A stretch of 59,201 bases of DNA, the filler included, from Platydemus manokwari (Eukaryota): the NCBI GenBank assembly GCA_037951405.1. It is 5 parts of 5 records of this genome, joined end to end, with 100 filler letters (N's around TTAATTAATTAA, not from the genome) between each part and the next. Parts side by side here need not be neighbours in the genome. Positions count along the whole stretch, not along the records: positions 20,004 to 36,323 come from JBBMOY011189211.1; positions 36,424 to 48,437 come from JBBMOY010346670.1; 3 more parts are not named here. The stretch is one strand, 5' to 3'. Within the stretch, counting starts at the first letter, position 1. Each line of letters begins with the position of its first letter. The notes under the pieces are model-generated. The model was not told where the DNA came from. It did not search any database and was given only the letters and a program-made list of their open reading frames with translations. Positions 31,901-46,200 of this stretch are shown piece after piece. Both the position numbers and the translations under genes were made by a program.

Positions 31901-34900
31901 ATCCAGCTATTTCAAGAGTCACTGACATTAAATAAACGAGTGTTCGCCACATATTGAAACAAGAATTTGGAAAGAAGTCACTTTGCAGAAGATGGGTTCC
32001 TCAGATTCTGACGGCTAATAAGAAGAGAATCAGAGTCACTCGCTGTCAAGAAATGGTGAATATTTATTAGGAAAGAAGGGCTACAGAAAAGATGATTGTG
32101 ATCGATGAAAAATGGATTTAATTTTGAGACGTACCTCCAAAAGAATGCAACCCTGTTTGGGTGGATAGCACAAGTGCTCGTTCAACTATTACTAGGCGGA
32201 CAATATCTGATCGCAAAGTTTGATTATTGTTGCCAGCAACTATGCAAAATCACTCACGTATTTCGAAGTTCTTCACGACAGTGGATCCATTAACGCTGAG
32301 AAATATCTACAATTCCTGCAGAATATGATTTTAAATTTTCAAACAAGACTACCTGCTTGGGAAATGGTCATTCAGCATGACAATGCCAGACCTCACGCAG
32401 TACAGTTAATTCGACTTTGGCTTGAAGAACATCGCGTATCTCTATTAAACCAGTGAGCCTACTCACCCGCACAAACCTCATGGATCGCTTTTTCTTCAAG
32501 AACTACGAGTGCTACCGACATGGAAAAAACTTCAATCATTCAGGAGAGGTGAGCAACGACTTTCACCAATATTTGGTGTCAACATCGGAGGCCAAGCTCA
32601 CAAGCGCGTTTCAAAATTTTACACGTCACCTCCAGAGTGTCATTGAAGCTAATGGAGATTATGTTTGGGTTATATTATGGTTTGCTAACACTTTTAGTAT
32701 TATTGCACAAGCAAAGTTCACAAATACATGTTTTAAATTGAATTTTTTTTAGATTTTTCAGGCTGCTATATATGTGGTTCAGTTTGATAAAAAACTACAA
32801 TGACAAACTGGAAAAACCAACCTATTCATATTTATTATGTTTACATAAAATTGTATTTTGCAAAATAATTCAAATGAAACAAATTTATATTCATTAGAAT
32901 ATTAAAATATAACATTTCTTTTAAAATTTAACAATTTAAATAAATTTTAAGATGTGGCTTTCAAATAAATGAGATCTCATACAAAGAAACAAGTAATGAA
33001 AATCTCTTCATAGGTAAATTTCAGTGACTTTTAATAAAAAATTGTTTATTATTAAAAATTATAAACTTTTAAATTAAAAATAAGGTCGGCATTATCTAAG
33101 AAAAAATATTGATAACAATCAACGAATGGTTATAGAATTAGAAATATTGAACATTGCTACGTCACATTTCCCATGAACCAGTGTGATTGATCAATTTAAA
33201 AATTATACAATATATTAGAATCTTTCTCTCTCAGTCATGCCAGGAACCAATCGATCAGACACAATATAATAAATCAACCCGATTATTTTGAGTCGACACA
33301 GGTGCTTAACAGATTTTTTTATTGGTTGATAATTATTCAAAGATATTTTGATTGGGAATTTTTATTAGAAATTTTGAGTCAAAGAAAACAAACTAAAAGT
33401 TTAACAAGAGAGAAAAGTAAATCAGAAAATTTCCTTGCGATTTTTAAGGTTCACTAATTTCACTTCAACATTGTTCCAACAAAATAATCAATATTTTGAA
33501 TAAAAAAATGAATAAACAAACTGCCATTTATTGTGTTACTTTTAATAATTTTCTGACGAAAAAATAAACATAAAATGATTAATAATTTGATAGAAATATT
33601 CAATTTTAATAACTTCCTTCAGAAAAATATTTTTATAAAAAATTAAATACTTCTTATTAAAAACTAATCATATCATAAAATATAGAAAAACTCAATCAAG
33701 TTCTTTGATTTTTTGGAAGTCATCAACAATAGATTTTAAAGGATGTAGGCCATTAAAATAGATGTTTTAGAATAAACAGAAAAATAATTTCACTGTCATT
33801 CTGGAAAGAAATCTAATTTTTTATCCAAAAGTTATGCACGTGCGCATCAAATATAACTCTAGACTTAGATTGTTTGGATGACCTACCAGGTTATTTTTAT
33901 CCATTTCTCGGATTATTAAATCTTCATAAAGTATTCTTTTAAATCTCAAGATTGTAGATAAACACATTTAAAAATATTTTATAGTTGAACAACATTCGAT
34001 AGATATGAGTTATTCTAAAATGGTTTATGGCAATCACTTAAATAAATTTTTCATTTCATGTAGAATTTTAGCTTGAAAAAATTATTAAAATAAACCATAT
34101 ATGTTTTCAAACAAATCATTTTCGTATTCATAGAATATTACAATTATGCTTATTACCGAACTATTAATAGAAATGAGAATATTTCTGATTGTCAACCTAT
34201 TGTCTGAATCATCAAGGCACTTGTAGATTATCAAATAGAATAAAAGAAATAATTAGAAAAACTTGCTAAACATTTGTCAAAGAAACGCTTCATTAGGAAA
34301 TAATTATAAATATAAATATCTGATACATTACTATGTGTTAAATTAAACGACACAAATCGTTTTTATTCGATAATCAAATTTAATCTAAATATTTATACAT
34401 CATCTATTTGTGAAAATGTAATACTAAAAGAAAAAACTCGGCCTCGCAGATTAAATACCAAAAATCATAATTGTATTCAAGTTTGTTTGGGAAATATTCG
34501 AAAATAAATTAACTAAATAAAAATTACGATCAAAATGTTACACAGAAATGAAAATGTCATTGACAACCAAATGTCACCGAATTCAAAGAACTCCTCATCA
34601 CAAAGAGTCACGTAATTTTGATAAAATCTCTTTTTATTATATTATATTGTGAATTAGAAAATTTCAAAGTACTCTTCGTCGTTTTATTGTTAACTTCAAA
34701 TAGTTTGTTTTATCTGACTGATCTTTTCCTTATTTATAATGTTTCTTTCTTTAGTGAACTCGAACCATAATATAAATAACAAATTCGTAAAATAAAAAAT
34801 ATAGGAAATGAAGCAAAGTAATAGTTATTGTTGAAGATTAATTATTATATTACTAGTTCCTGAAAATAAAGTCGAACATAATTATCATTATATGTGTAGA

Positions 34901-35468
34901 GGCCAAGTTGAGTTATTGTCATTTTACTTAAGAAACATTAGTTTAAAGTTAAGAATTTGATAAACCTAGAGGAGGATATTAAATATAATTTTTTTAAAGA
35001 CCTTCCAAGACATTTTGATTATTAAAATTTGATTTGTATTAGAAACTATGTTTATTCCCATAAATATAATAAATATAAATGATCGGCAACATCTAAATTT
35101 ATATTACTTATACTATAATCACCTTGTTTTGTCCAGGTACATAACTTGAACTGTAGAAACCACATTATTGGTTTTTTCTATATATAACCACGTACGATTT
35201 TTTTATATAATCTGTGGCTTATAAAACTTTAAAAATTATTTATCGCTATATTTATATTTAGATTACAGACTGAAGAGACTGAAAAATGATTATCTCATTA
35301 ATATGTTGACCTGACATTATCAACCAATTGGTGGGCAACTACTTATAAATAACTTTAATTTTAAAAATAATTAGATTTATTGATTAGAAAAATATTGAAT
35401 TCAACTTACCCATTTTCGTTATTTGGGAAATATTTTATTCGACCAATATTGTTGGTATCAATAAGATT
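28949..35468 (-). CDS. ATP1B: Na+/K+-ATPase beta subunit (nervana/ATP1B family), last two exons, 5'-partial
   Basis: Exon 35468-35410 (tttag|NLIDTNNIGRIKYFPNNEN-GG|gtaagt) splices in phase 2 across a 6280-nt intron to exon 29129-28949 (SGGFFDHNFYPYLGQPGYLSPIVAVQFETPMRNMVIMVRCQFKN...KFELLVD*). The IGxIxYFP, FYPY, YLSPIVAVQF and terminal FELLVD motifs are diagnostic of X,K-ATPase beta subunits. Upstream exons were not found. Confidence 0.92.
31423..32780 (+). mobile_element. Near-full-length defective mariner transposon in the Na/K-ATPase beta intron
   Basis: Transposase from ATG 31630 to about 32670 with stops and frameshifts: SGRPRT, RRWVPQILT, IVIDEKWI, QHDNARPH, a degenerate YSP region, VIEANGDYV. 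The left end starts TA-CGCGAGG; a degraded inverted counterpart lies near 32750-32775. ORFs 32220..32456 and 32453..32752 are pieces. Confidence 0.92.
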
Positions 35469-35777
35469 CTAAAAATTTAATGAAATAATATTTTTCTTTA
35501 TTAAATACATAAATTATATATAATTACAAGATTAACTCAGATCTAAATAATAACAATTTTTTAATCTTTCCATGTTGTTTTGGTTTAATTTCTACTCATC
35601 CATTAAAATAAATATCGATTATTGAGGTATAGCAGTACAATTATTATAAGATTTTATAAAATATAATAATAATATATTAAAATATGTAATATCTTTATAT
35701 TATTTGGCATTCCGCCAACTATACTTCGATATTATGTACACTTCGATGACTTTCTTCAGAATAAATTGAAATATATA

Positions 35778-36318
35778 CCGTGCGATTCATAAGTCTCCGT
35801 CTCTAAAACTAAAACATAACAAAACACAATATAATTTATACTCATTGATATTATTATTTGCTGATTAATGTACTTTATTTCTTATTTATTATTAATCAGT
35901 TGCATTATTATAATATGGCGGAAGCAGCAGGTGATGTTAAATTTTCGCTTGAGGATAGTGTTTATAGTTAGTCATGCAATAGTGTACTAGAGTAGTGCCA
36001 AAACATGCCAAGAATTTCAAAAACATTTAAATAGTATACCACCAGCTAGGACAACAATGCAATACTGAAAACAGAAGTTTGAAGAAACTGGAAACTTATC
36101 CAATAGGTTGCGATCAGGAAGACCGTCTCATGAAATCATGAAGGAAAAGGTGGTAAATTCTGTAAAAGAAAATGATTGCACAAATCAACGACAAACTGCA
36201 CCAGTGTGTATGACTTCACGAACTTTGTTTTGTTGAGCATTAAAGTAACTCAATACATTTAAATTGTTCTTAATTTTTTTATTTTAGTTTTAGAGACGGA
36301 GACTTATGAATCGCACAG
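35778..36318 (+). mobile_element. Internally deleted non-autonomous Tc1/mariner-superfamily element with intact TIRs
   Basis: About 37-bp terminal inverted repeats (CCGTGCGATTCATAAGTCTCCGTCTCTAAAACTAAAA versus CTGTGCG... on the other strand, one mismatch), with TA on both flanks. The interior keeps only an N-terminal HTH remnant (KFEETGNLSNRLRSGRPS...VVNSVKEND). Confidence 0.93.
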
Positions 36319-36323
36319 TATAT

Positions 36324-36423
36324 NNNNNNNNNNNNNNNNNNNNNNNNNNNNNNNNNNNNNNNNNNNNTTAATTAATTAANNNNNNNNNNNNNNNNNNNNN
36401 NNNNNNNNNNNNNNNNNNNNNNN
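36324..36423. other. Assembly gap with artificial six-frame-stop linker
   Basis: 44 N + TTAATTAATTAA + 44 N. Confidence 0.98.
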
Positions 36424-37240
36424 TCCTTCTTTACCGCATATCAAACATTTATTCCGCAGTGGACATTCAAACTTCCGGTGTCCAAGCTCACCACAGCAAA
36501 CACAAGCTCCTGGTTTCAAATAATCACCACATGGTGTCGGTCTTCCTCTACATTCATTGTAAAATTTAGAGGCAATAATTTTCAATGATCTTGTTGGTCT
36601 CTCATTATTAAGAGATTCAATGCGATTAACTGGTGCTTGATGATATCCCTTTATACCAAAATCTCTTTCCTGCACGATTGGACTTGGCTTTTTGAACGAA
36701 GTCTCTTTCTGAAAGGTTTTTCTAGGATAACTTTGAAATACCAACTGAGCAAATGTCTTCTTGAAGGCGTTTATGGGCTTCGTAGGAGTTAAATTCTCAA
36801 AATTGACAGCCATCTCTCTTGTTCTATTGTCGGACATTACAGGGTCAAGAGTAAAAGACTCTTTCAATTTCTTGCTATTTAGACCTTGCAGAATAAATAG
36901 TTTAGAAATTTCTTCAAGGGTGTTTTTCTTGTCAAACACCTCCGAAACTAGCTTCTTTACTCGAAGTTCAAAACTGCTATATTTTTCATCTGATCTTTGG
37001 TGAAATGCTGCATAATCCTGAACCTTGTCATACACTGTTTTTGCACGTTAAAATGTTTCCAAAAACCATTTTCAATTTCTTCATTTGAAACAGCCTCTTT
37101 GAAACTGCTGATTTTTGCCACAATTGTTTGGCGTCACTTCTCAACAGCATCTCAAATGCAAGTGATAGTTCCATTTGATTAAATGTCGCGAAATCTTTAG
37201 TTGTTTGGAATCATTTCTCAGTATCTTGGATTGATAAATC
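36424..37240 (-). mobile_element. LTR retrotransposon gag fragment with CCHC zinc knuckles, truncated by the gap
   Basis: About 200 open codons ending in CVCCGELGHRKFEC (CX2CX4HX4C) and the start of a second knuckle, CLICGKEG. Capsid-like segment QRSDEKYSSFELRVKKLV...LFILQGL. Upstream coding-like sequence appears frameshifted. Confidence 0.85.
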
Positions 37241-40200
37241 GAAGAATAACGGTTACGAAATTAACAACTCCTGAGTTTTTTGTGGCAGATTTCACAAAAA
37301 TTTTCTATCTCTCTTTTCGTTTAGCTCTAGTCAGAGCGTTTATTTCGGAGTGATAGCCTGTAAAAACATAAGTGGTTTCCATCAATATTTTATTTTATTT
37401 TAAAAATAACACGCTTTTTTCAATATTAAAACAAATCTCATTTTTTATCTAACTGAAGACAATTAAAAAATTGCTTGGAACCATTGCCACCCAACTCTGG
37501 TGAAAAGAGATGGTAACATTAAGATAATTTAGAATGTTCTCAAATATCCTTTGGGAACGTAGACGCGGTTAATTTCGAGCAATATTAGCATGAGTAATAA
37601 TTAATGATAAAAAGAAAACTAAGCAAAATTTATTCATTTTTTTAATTTCTAGTGTTGCAAAAATTTATTTGTGCTTTTTTCCTTAATCTTCTATTGCTTT
37701 ATTTACTAAGTTTCTGTTTATCTCTATCTCTGACTTTTTATTATTTGTTTTATCTTTAGTAACAATTGTCATAACAATCTTGTGAGATATCATGACCGAC
37801 GTATTTGTGTATATTTTTTTATTTGGGTCTATGTTTACAATGAGCTATTAATAAGATTATATTTTTATTTTTATTTCATTTATTATTGTTAAATTCACTA
37901 GAATTAGAACATATATTTCAAATCGAAATAAACAATATCGTAATAGTTTCCCATATCTTAATAATTTGTTCACATCTTAACAATTTGAACAACCGAACAT
38001 ATGTTTCCATGCCTTATTAGTTTGAAATATGATATTTTAATTAATTGACTAATTTTTATCGTATAACAGTTGCAGAGAATTATTTGCAACAATTAACCAA
38101 TAAAAGAATAAACAAATCATAACAGAAAAGTTGGGATCACCCACCAACCCAGTCACACAATAAAACAAAAATATAACTCTGCAACACATCAAAAACCAAA
38201 CCGAGTTATACAACATAAACCTTGCCTATGGATAGTGCAAAAAACGGAATGAGAGTTGTGTTCAAATATTAACAATAATTCATATTTTGATTGATATTGT
38301 TTCGATGTTTTTATTAACAAACAATGTTTGAATTGTTCTGTATTATTTTTATGAATTTCGTTTTGTTATTTTTATGAAAAAATTATAAGATTTGTGATAT
38401 AATATGAAGTATTGGTTAATAATTGATTGACAACAATAATGACATAGAATTATAATATCATAATCAATGCATTTTTTAATATTTTTATGTTAAAGAGGGA
38501 GGAGAATTAATTTCAACAAAATAATATTAATTAAAATAATATAAATATAATAATTAATTGAAATTAAAGTACATATTGTAAGGAAAATAAATCAGATTTA
38601 GAAAAACCATGAATAAAATAAAAATATATTTTAAAAGGACAGGAATAAGCATATTAAAAATGCAAATATTCTAAAAAATACATGAAATTGTCAAATATAA
38701 ATAGGGCATCAGCAAATAGCTGAACACACATTTTTAAAACACAATTTTAGCACACGATTTCAAAGGAAGGCCATTGTACGATTTCTCAACTATTCGCTTT
38801 CGCGACGCGTTGAATATTGAAATAAATTTTTAGTGTTTAGTATTCAACTTGTTTTGCTTAATAATATTTTTGCATAAATAATTGTTTGTAATTGCTATCG
38901 TCTTTTGAGTGATTTAGCATAAGTTAGTATCTACTATAGCACAAACCTATAACTGATTGAAATATATTTTAAATTTGGAGAATTCAAGCTCAGTTGTTTC
39001 ATTAATAACTTAAAACTATAAAGTAAAATCTAAAATCAATACCTCAGCTTTAGTGACCTTTAAATTAATTAGGTCATAAATATTTTACCATTAGGGTGGT
39101 CTTCATACCCGTTATTGAAGCCCCTTAAAATCAGTGATAAATCAAAACGAAATCAACTTTTAATAAACAACCGAAACAGAAAGGAAGTAAATCAACAAAA
39201 ACAAAATAAAATAATCACACAACAAGTTATTTAATAGAAATAGGACCTTAAAAACCAATTAAAACCAAATTCATCAAAATGCATTTTAAAGAAAAGAATA
39301 AAATTACCCTCAAATAAATAAATATATAAATAAAAAAAAATATAAATTACATCACAATAGACTTACAAATATCAGGAATGATAAAAAATAATTTCGTCTT
39401 TAATTTTTTTATCAATAAAAGAAAAGCAACATAAATAATTCTCAAAATCGAAGATTTTATTATTTTGTCACATTATTTGAATATAAATAGCAAAGTAAAC
39501 AGTAAGCATGACCCATTACCAAAAATTGAAACCACTGGACAAGTTAGAAGAAAGCCATCATTATCAGAAATTCAGTTGAGTACACTTTATGCGAAGTCCA
39601 TTAATTTGGCCCTGGACCTGACTATTACTGATGGTAGAGTAAATCTATTTGTAGAAGTCGATTATAGATTCTTGCCATACAAGATACATTCTTGTCAGAA
39701 TTTTCATAGTTTATGTCAAGAGATATCAGCCACAATAAAATGTAGTTATTAAATTGTTGGGTTCAAAGAGATTGAAGGCTGCAATTTATATTTTACCAGT
39801 GGGTATCCAAAATCAATGAAAAATAAAGTAAAAAACCGCCTTTCAACTTGCAATATGTCATCACTATGTTGGTTTATCAATAACAATTTAAATATAAAAG
39901 TCTGTATTAGCAAAAATAATACACTAAAAGTTTCAACAACAACAGCAAATCTTTACCACAATTCACAAAGAAAATCATTCAAGATGGGATTAGCTCCCGA
40001 AAGTCAAAAATATAATGAAGAGTAATCAAAGATACTGATTACTGAAATCACACATAAGCTAAGCTCTGAAGTTACCAACCAAAAAAAAGACTGGCAGAAA
40101 TTCATGGAACTCAAACTCTTTTATAGACCCATAAGGGATATCTGCTTGATGTCATGGATTTTCGCTTTTCATTCGCTAAATTCATTCGTGTATTGATTTA

Positions 40201-43200
40201 CATGAGATTTTCCTTACATCTCTAAAGCTATTGGCGGACATTTGAGCTTGCTGCTTTTGTAGGCATGTGCCTGTCAATTTTTAGCTTCTAAAAATGGATT
40301 AACATTAGAATGAATCTGATTGATTAACTGCACTTGAGTTTATCGAGTTTGTGTGTTTTGTTCCATTTTAGGGGTTTTCCTTGGTTTTTATGACCCTTTG
40401 ATTAATTTGTGATACACCAAACCATTACATCAGTATTTATACTTGAAATTTGTGTGTAAATTGCACATCACATTTTGGATTGATTTTTTGTTTCTTTAGT
40501 TTCAATTAGATTTATTGATTTTGTAAGATTAGGAATTGTCAATTTCTACGTGCCTGTCATTTTGCAGTTATGCCCATTTTTTGAATAAGAATCTTTCATT
40601 TAATTTCTTTCGGATTTGGTTAGTTTCTATGCCTGCATATTTGCGCAAGCATTCAAGTGCTTAAAGCGTAGAAATGAAAGTTTCAAGGTGAAAAATTGAT
40701 TTTCTTTTGTTTGATTCAATCTTTAATCAGCAATATTGTAAAATTATATTTCAACCATTATACTATTTTCAATTTAGATAATGTTGGGTGAGTAACAAAA
40801 GTAAGAAAGATATTTACGGAGCTATCGGAATAACCGTAAAAATGTTTGATACACTCAGACTCGATGAGTGTATGTGTCAATTTGATGCTTCCAAAAATAA
40901 TATATAATTAGAAAATCTATAGAATTCCATTGATGCACATTAACAACGTGGAATAAACAAAAAGATAAATCAATAGCACAAGAGTTAGTAGAGAATCTCC
41001 TAATAAATTAGTACGATTGGTCAATGTAAGCATCAAGTAAGTGAACCTTTGTCGATATATCATCAGATATATAAAAAATGAATCGGATAAGTAAACTTTT
41101 ATCTGATTAATTCGTTTAATTTGCAGTTTTAAAAATTGTAAGCTCCATTGAATGGGTAAATTGAGAACACGTTAAAAAATTGTAATTTGATCTTAAATAT
41201 TTTCAAAACATTAGTGCAAAATATTTCTAGAAATAAACATTTGAATGGGCTGAGTATCTTTTAAATTGAATCGCTCATAAAAATGATAGAAGTATGATAA
41301 ATTAAAGCTGGAATCGAAAGGTAGATATGATTACAATTTTTAAATAACTCTTTATCAAGTCAAAAGGTAGATGAGACTTTAATTCATTATAATTAAACTT
41401 TATCGATCTATCTACTTGAATGAACAACTTATTTTACAGGTATCAAACAGCTTTTTAATTTGTAATTATATTGAACAGCTATATATGTATATAATTAACA
41501 TTATATAGTAATTATAGTTTTAAATTTCAAAATTCTTTTAATAAATCAACTTTTTTAGACTTTCATTTTTAAAAATCCAAAATGGAAGTATGTTCTTTGT
41601 ATACTTTTGCAATTTATTTTGTTTATTTGAATTTTAGATTTCTACAAAAATTTTTTAAGCATATTTCCACGTTTTCGAGACTTTAGGATTTTTTTTATTC
41701 CAATGAAAAAGCTATTATAAGAGTCTTGGAATTATTTAAATTTTGGTTTCACTGTAAAGTAGGTTTTGTGTTAAGTTATTAGGATTTTATGATTTATTAT
41801 TTCTTCATGTTTGGTCTATAACATTGTCTTAGTTGAATATAATAAGGAAATTAATACCTGAATTTTGTCTTGGGATAGAAGTTGTTATTTTAGTTATGAA
41901 TTTTATGATCTACTTGATTTTTATGGGCAGACCTAACGGTTAAACTGTATTCTACGTTAATCTTTCGATTAGTATTTACCGATACTTAAATTTTGCATTT
42001 AATTGATTTTTGACTTAGATTATGTGTCACTGTTGATTTGATCTTTCTTATATTTGGATGTCACCTATAAATCTTAAATATTTTAAGATTTAAGATTCTT
42101 TTTTGTGAGATGCTTTGATATTTATTAACATAGCTTACAGCTATGGGTAATTTGCTAATTCCATGACAGTATATAAAATCTTTATTCTAATTTAGCAGAC
42201 TAAATCTTAATATAAAAGTGTGAATTATATTTTTATTCAACGATTGTGCAGATGCTATGCTTTGCGTTTTTTGCTAATATCTGCAAAAATGTTAAATGAA
42301 AATAATAATTTATTCAATTAAAATATTACAAATTACAATCTTAAATTAATAATCAAAACTTTGTATTTTTTAGTTTAACCAGATTATGATGATACAAATT
42401 TTGAACTTTTAAAAATTCTATTTGATATTTTTATATAAAATTTATCATTTATGAATTTTACTTCACTATCTATGACTAGTTCACTTCCAGCTTTAACAGC
42501 TTTCATATAGCATCTTATTTTGTTATAATTACTATCCTTGACTTATCTGAAGAATTAAAATTTTGCAAATAATTTCTGAAGTAATATTGCACTGCCATTG
42601 CATGTTATACTTATTGCACAAATCGTTAGCTCAATTTATCTCAATATATAAATTCTCCTATAATTCTTATTCTCGTAGATCTCTAATCAATTGCTCAAGA
42701 AGTCCATTGTTTTGAATTTGATGAATTAATTTAATGGGTTTAGTGTAACAATCTCATTCTTTTTCACGAGTGTTGTTTGATGAGCGTATAAATTCAGATT
42801 AGTTTCTATTTCTACAGAAGTTTCAAACTTGAAAAAATTAGAAATTTTTTTTACTCTTATACTAGTTTCTGTAAAATGGGATGTGGATATTTAATTAATG
42901 GATATGAAGGAAGTTTTTCATTTCAATCTTTCTAGTCTTAACATATAAATCAAAGTTATGAATATCAATTTAAGGTGGTAATTTATTATATTTTAATTGA
43001 ATAAGTCATTATTAAGCACATTCGAATTTTTAGAATGAATATGTAATTTGATTATTGTTAGGTAACATAAGATTCATTAAATCAACGTAAATGGCCAACA
43101 TCAACACTTTATTGTCTAAAAATTGTCTTTTCTAATCGAACTTGTAATTGTATACCTTTTGTTTAATTGTGAAGCATTTCAATAAGAAAACATCAGATAT

Positions 43201-46200
43201 CAAGTAATTCCAATTCATAAAAATTTAGTAAACAAAATTTCTCATTTTCCTGCGGGTTAACATTAACTTTCATTTACTAAACTATTCAAATATAGAAATC
43301 TTTAAGAAATTTGAGCTTAACAATGACAGTAACTGCATGGCATTCACTTAGTTCATCTTTTGTTGCTATACATTTATATTTATATCGGTGTCAGGATTTT
43401 CTACTGGCTTGATGGATATATTAATTATTCGAACTGTGACTCCAATTTCACTGCCTTAATTTTTACTTTATTTAATTTTTTTAGCTTATTATTCATTCAA
43501 CAATAGAATTAAAAACACTCATACATTCGTATATTTATGTTTTATTTCAATTATTATTTCTAAATTTAGTTATTCATAAAAATTAAATTTAACTCTTAGT
43601 TAAATAAAGGTATTTTTTGTTTATGGAATAGAAGGTTTTTCTTGTATATTTTTTTATACAACGAACCTCTGCAATATGTATAGAGAGGACGTATGCTTCT
43701 ATGGAGTGAATTCAAACTTATCGTTGATGCACAAGTTTGGACAAGTTAGCTTCAATGTATCAATCACTATACAGAACAGCAATTACCAATTTGTTTTAGA
43801 TGAGTTGAATTTAATATTTTTTTATCTGATCCAGATTAAGATTTCCCTAGTTACATATAAACTTGGGATTAAACTATTTTAATATTCGACGTAAATAACT
43901 TGTTGAGATTTTAAAGAAAATATATATTTATCACTAAATGTCTTCGCCAATATTTAATATAAAGCATTAACATTAATTAGTTTAATATCATTACTTAATT
44001 ATTGAATAAAATTTTTATAGTAAATTGATGAAAACTATAGTGAAAAATATTTAGTAATCTTGTATTTTATTCCAATTGGTTTAAAGATATCCTTTTTCTT
44101 CATTGAAGCCTAGAAGTGTAGTTGAGTAAGTAATTTTAATTTCAAGAATCTTTTAGGTTTTTTGTGGAGAAATTTCAGTTTATTTAGGATGGTAACCGGT
44201 TTGATGGTAAAATTTTGGCATACAAAAAATGATACTGGTATGATATATTATTTTTACATTTTATATCACTATTTACGCACGTGTTGCTATTTAATTTCAT
44301 GGTGTAATCCTGTGGGAAAGTTAAGTATTTGCATTATTAAAGCATCTGTATTATAGTTGTACACTGTACCGAAGATATCTAACTTCATTTTCAATTACAG
44401 CTTAAATTTAAATAGAAATAAAATTACGAATTATATTGAAAGACTAGATAAAGTTGTATTAAATATATTGGGTTTGTTTGAGTTGGTTGTGTCTTGAGTT
44501 ATTATTAATTATATATTCCCGGGTTTGATATATAGTTGAAATTCTAACTCATAGTATGAAGACTAAAATTTAGGATAAAGAAAATGACACAAGACTATTC
44601 ACAAATGAGTCAACACAGTAATTTATGAAAAGGAAACGTTTTTATTTGTGATTGATTATAGACACAAACGACATTAATAAACTGAAATATTATGAAAATT
44701 ATCAGTTACAAAACTATCGAAGAAATTAAATCTTCGATTTAGTTTAAAACAAGTATGTAAGAACTACTTAAACAACCATATTTATCAATAACAATAAAAT
44801 ACAGAAAATGTATTGTAAGGGAACAAAAATAATAAAAACGCTTATTTAGCTAATGATGAATTAAAAACCAATGTTATTATTCTTAAAATTTGAAGGGATA
44901 AATGGAAATATAATTGCATTTCAAAACAAATATGTAATAATCGTATTAGATGTGTAACAGTAACTTTTTCATTATTTTTCAAAATGCTGAAATATGATTA
45001 CAACATATTTATTAATAAACATACAAATTGAATTCCGTAATAACCTTCGCTGACTTCACATTATGTAAAAGTCATTATCTTTGTTTTATTTATATTTAGT
45101 GGTGCTGTGCGTGATCTGTGTTTGGTTTTCATTTATTGTTTAGGTTTCAGGAATTTTTATTGAGTTTCTTAATTTTCTTGTACTATGATTAGTCAATTTA
45201 AGTACTTGTTTAATCGTATGAGCATGTGTTTCGTAAAATACATATTCTAACATGATTTTTGATTGGTAAGCATGCTTATTTGTACGGTTGTGTTATTTTG
45301 TTATCAAATTCTTCTTAACTTACAAGAAATATCAGTGTTTGGTTTTCAAAATATATTTTTCCTTTGTTCATAAATTGCTAAAAGAATTATCAGTTTGCTT
45401 CTCGCTAAGTAGGTATGTCCAATTAACTTTGGTAACTAACACCCTCAGAATTATATTTTTGCGTTGTTTGTTGCTTACTGAGTGCCTATTTAACATTTTT
45501 TATTTTCATTAATTTATTTATAAAGCTTATAATTTATCTTGTTGACAATTAGCTTTGATATACTGATTTGGTTGAGTCTGGATAGTCCGTTCTGTGGCCG
45601 AATAGGTTTCCAATCTGATGAAGTCATGTGTCGCAAGTCTGAAAAGTCAGAGTTGTTATTGAGATTTTACAGGAGAAAAGCATGAATAAACAGAGAAACA
45701 ACGCCTATGATCGTAAATTAATCACTTGGTTAATAATTTTATCTATAAGTGTATTCTGCATAGTGGAATTATGATATCAAACTTGTTGGGTTTATGTAGT
45801 TTAATTTGTTGGGTTTTGAGTCTTATGAGTTAATATTCCCAACACAAGTGAATTCGATGAGACTAGCTTGACGTATATTCAAACAAACTCTTTTGACTGT
45901 CAGTCTATTTAAATAACAATTGTCTATTATATAAACTTGTAGTGAATAATTAATTATTTTATAAACGATTGAAATTTAATTATTAAATAATAAATCAAAC
46001 CTAATTGAAATTGATAAGAAAAATCCTCTATTGAAAACTACCACAAATACAAAGATTTCTAGATAAATTACAATTGACGATTATAAACAGTTAATTTATT
46101 TAATAAACCAACACAACAATTTATTTATTTCTCAACAAACAAGATTTTGGCTCTCATAAGTTATGGTTTGGGAATGGTCGATGTGTGCTTTTCTGAGCTT

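Noticed and set aside
33870-33945. Plus-strand peptide LPGYFYPFLG resembling the Na/K-ATPase beta FYPY motif
   Set aside because: Wrong strand for the host gene, no following YLSP/AVQF motif, and a stop soon after; probably chance.
36376-36423. C-terminal end of the 219-aa ORF 36376..37035
   Set aside because: It runs through Ns and stops in the linker, so the true end is unknown.
39465-40160. Possible LINE reverse transcriptase remnant (GPGPD and YRPI words)
   Set aside because: The motifs are about 500 nt apart, much further than expected, and no other RT motifs were found; too weak to call.
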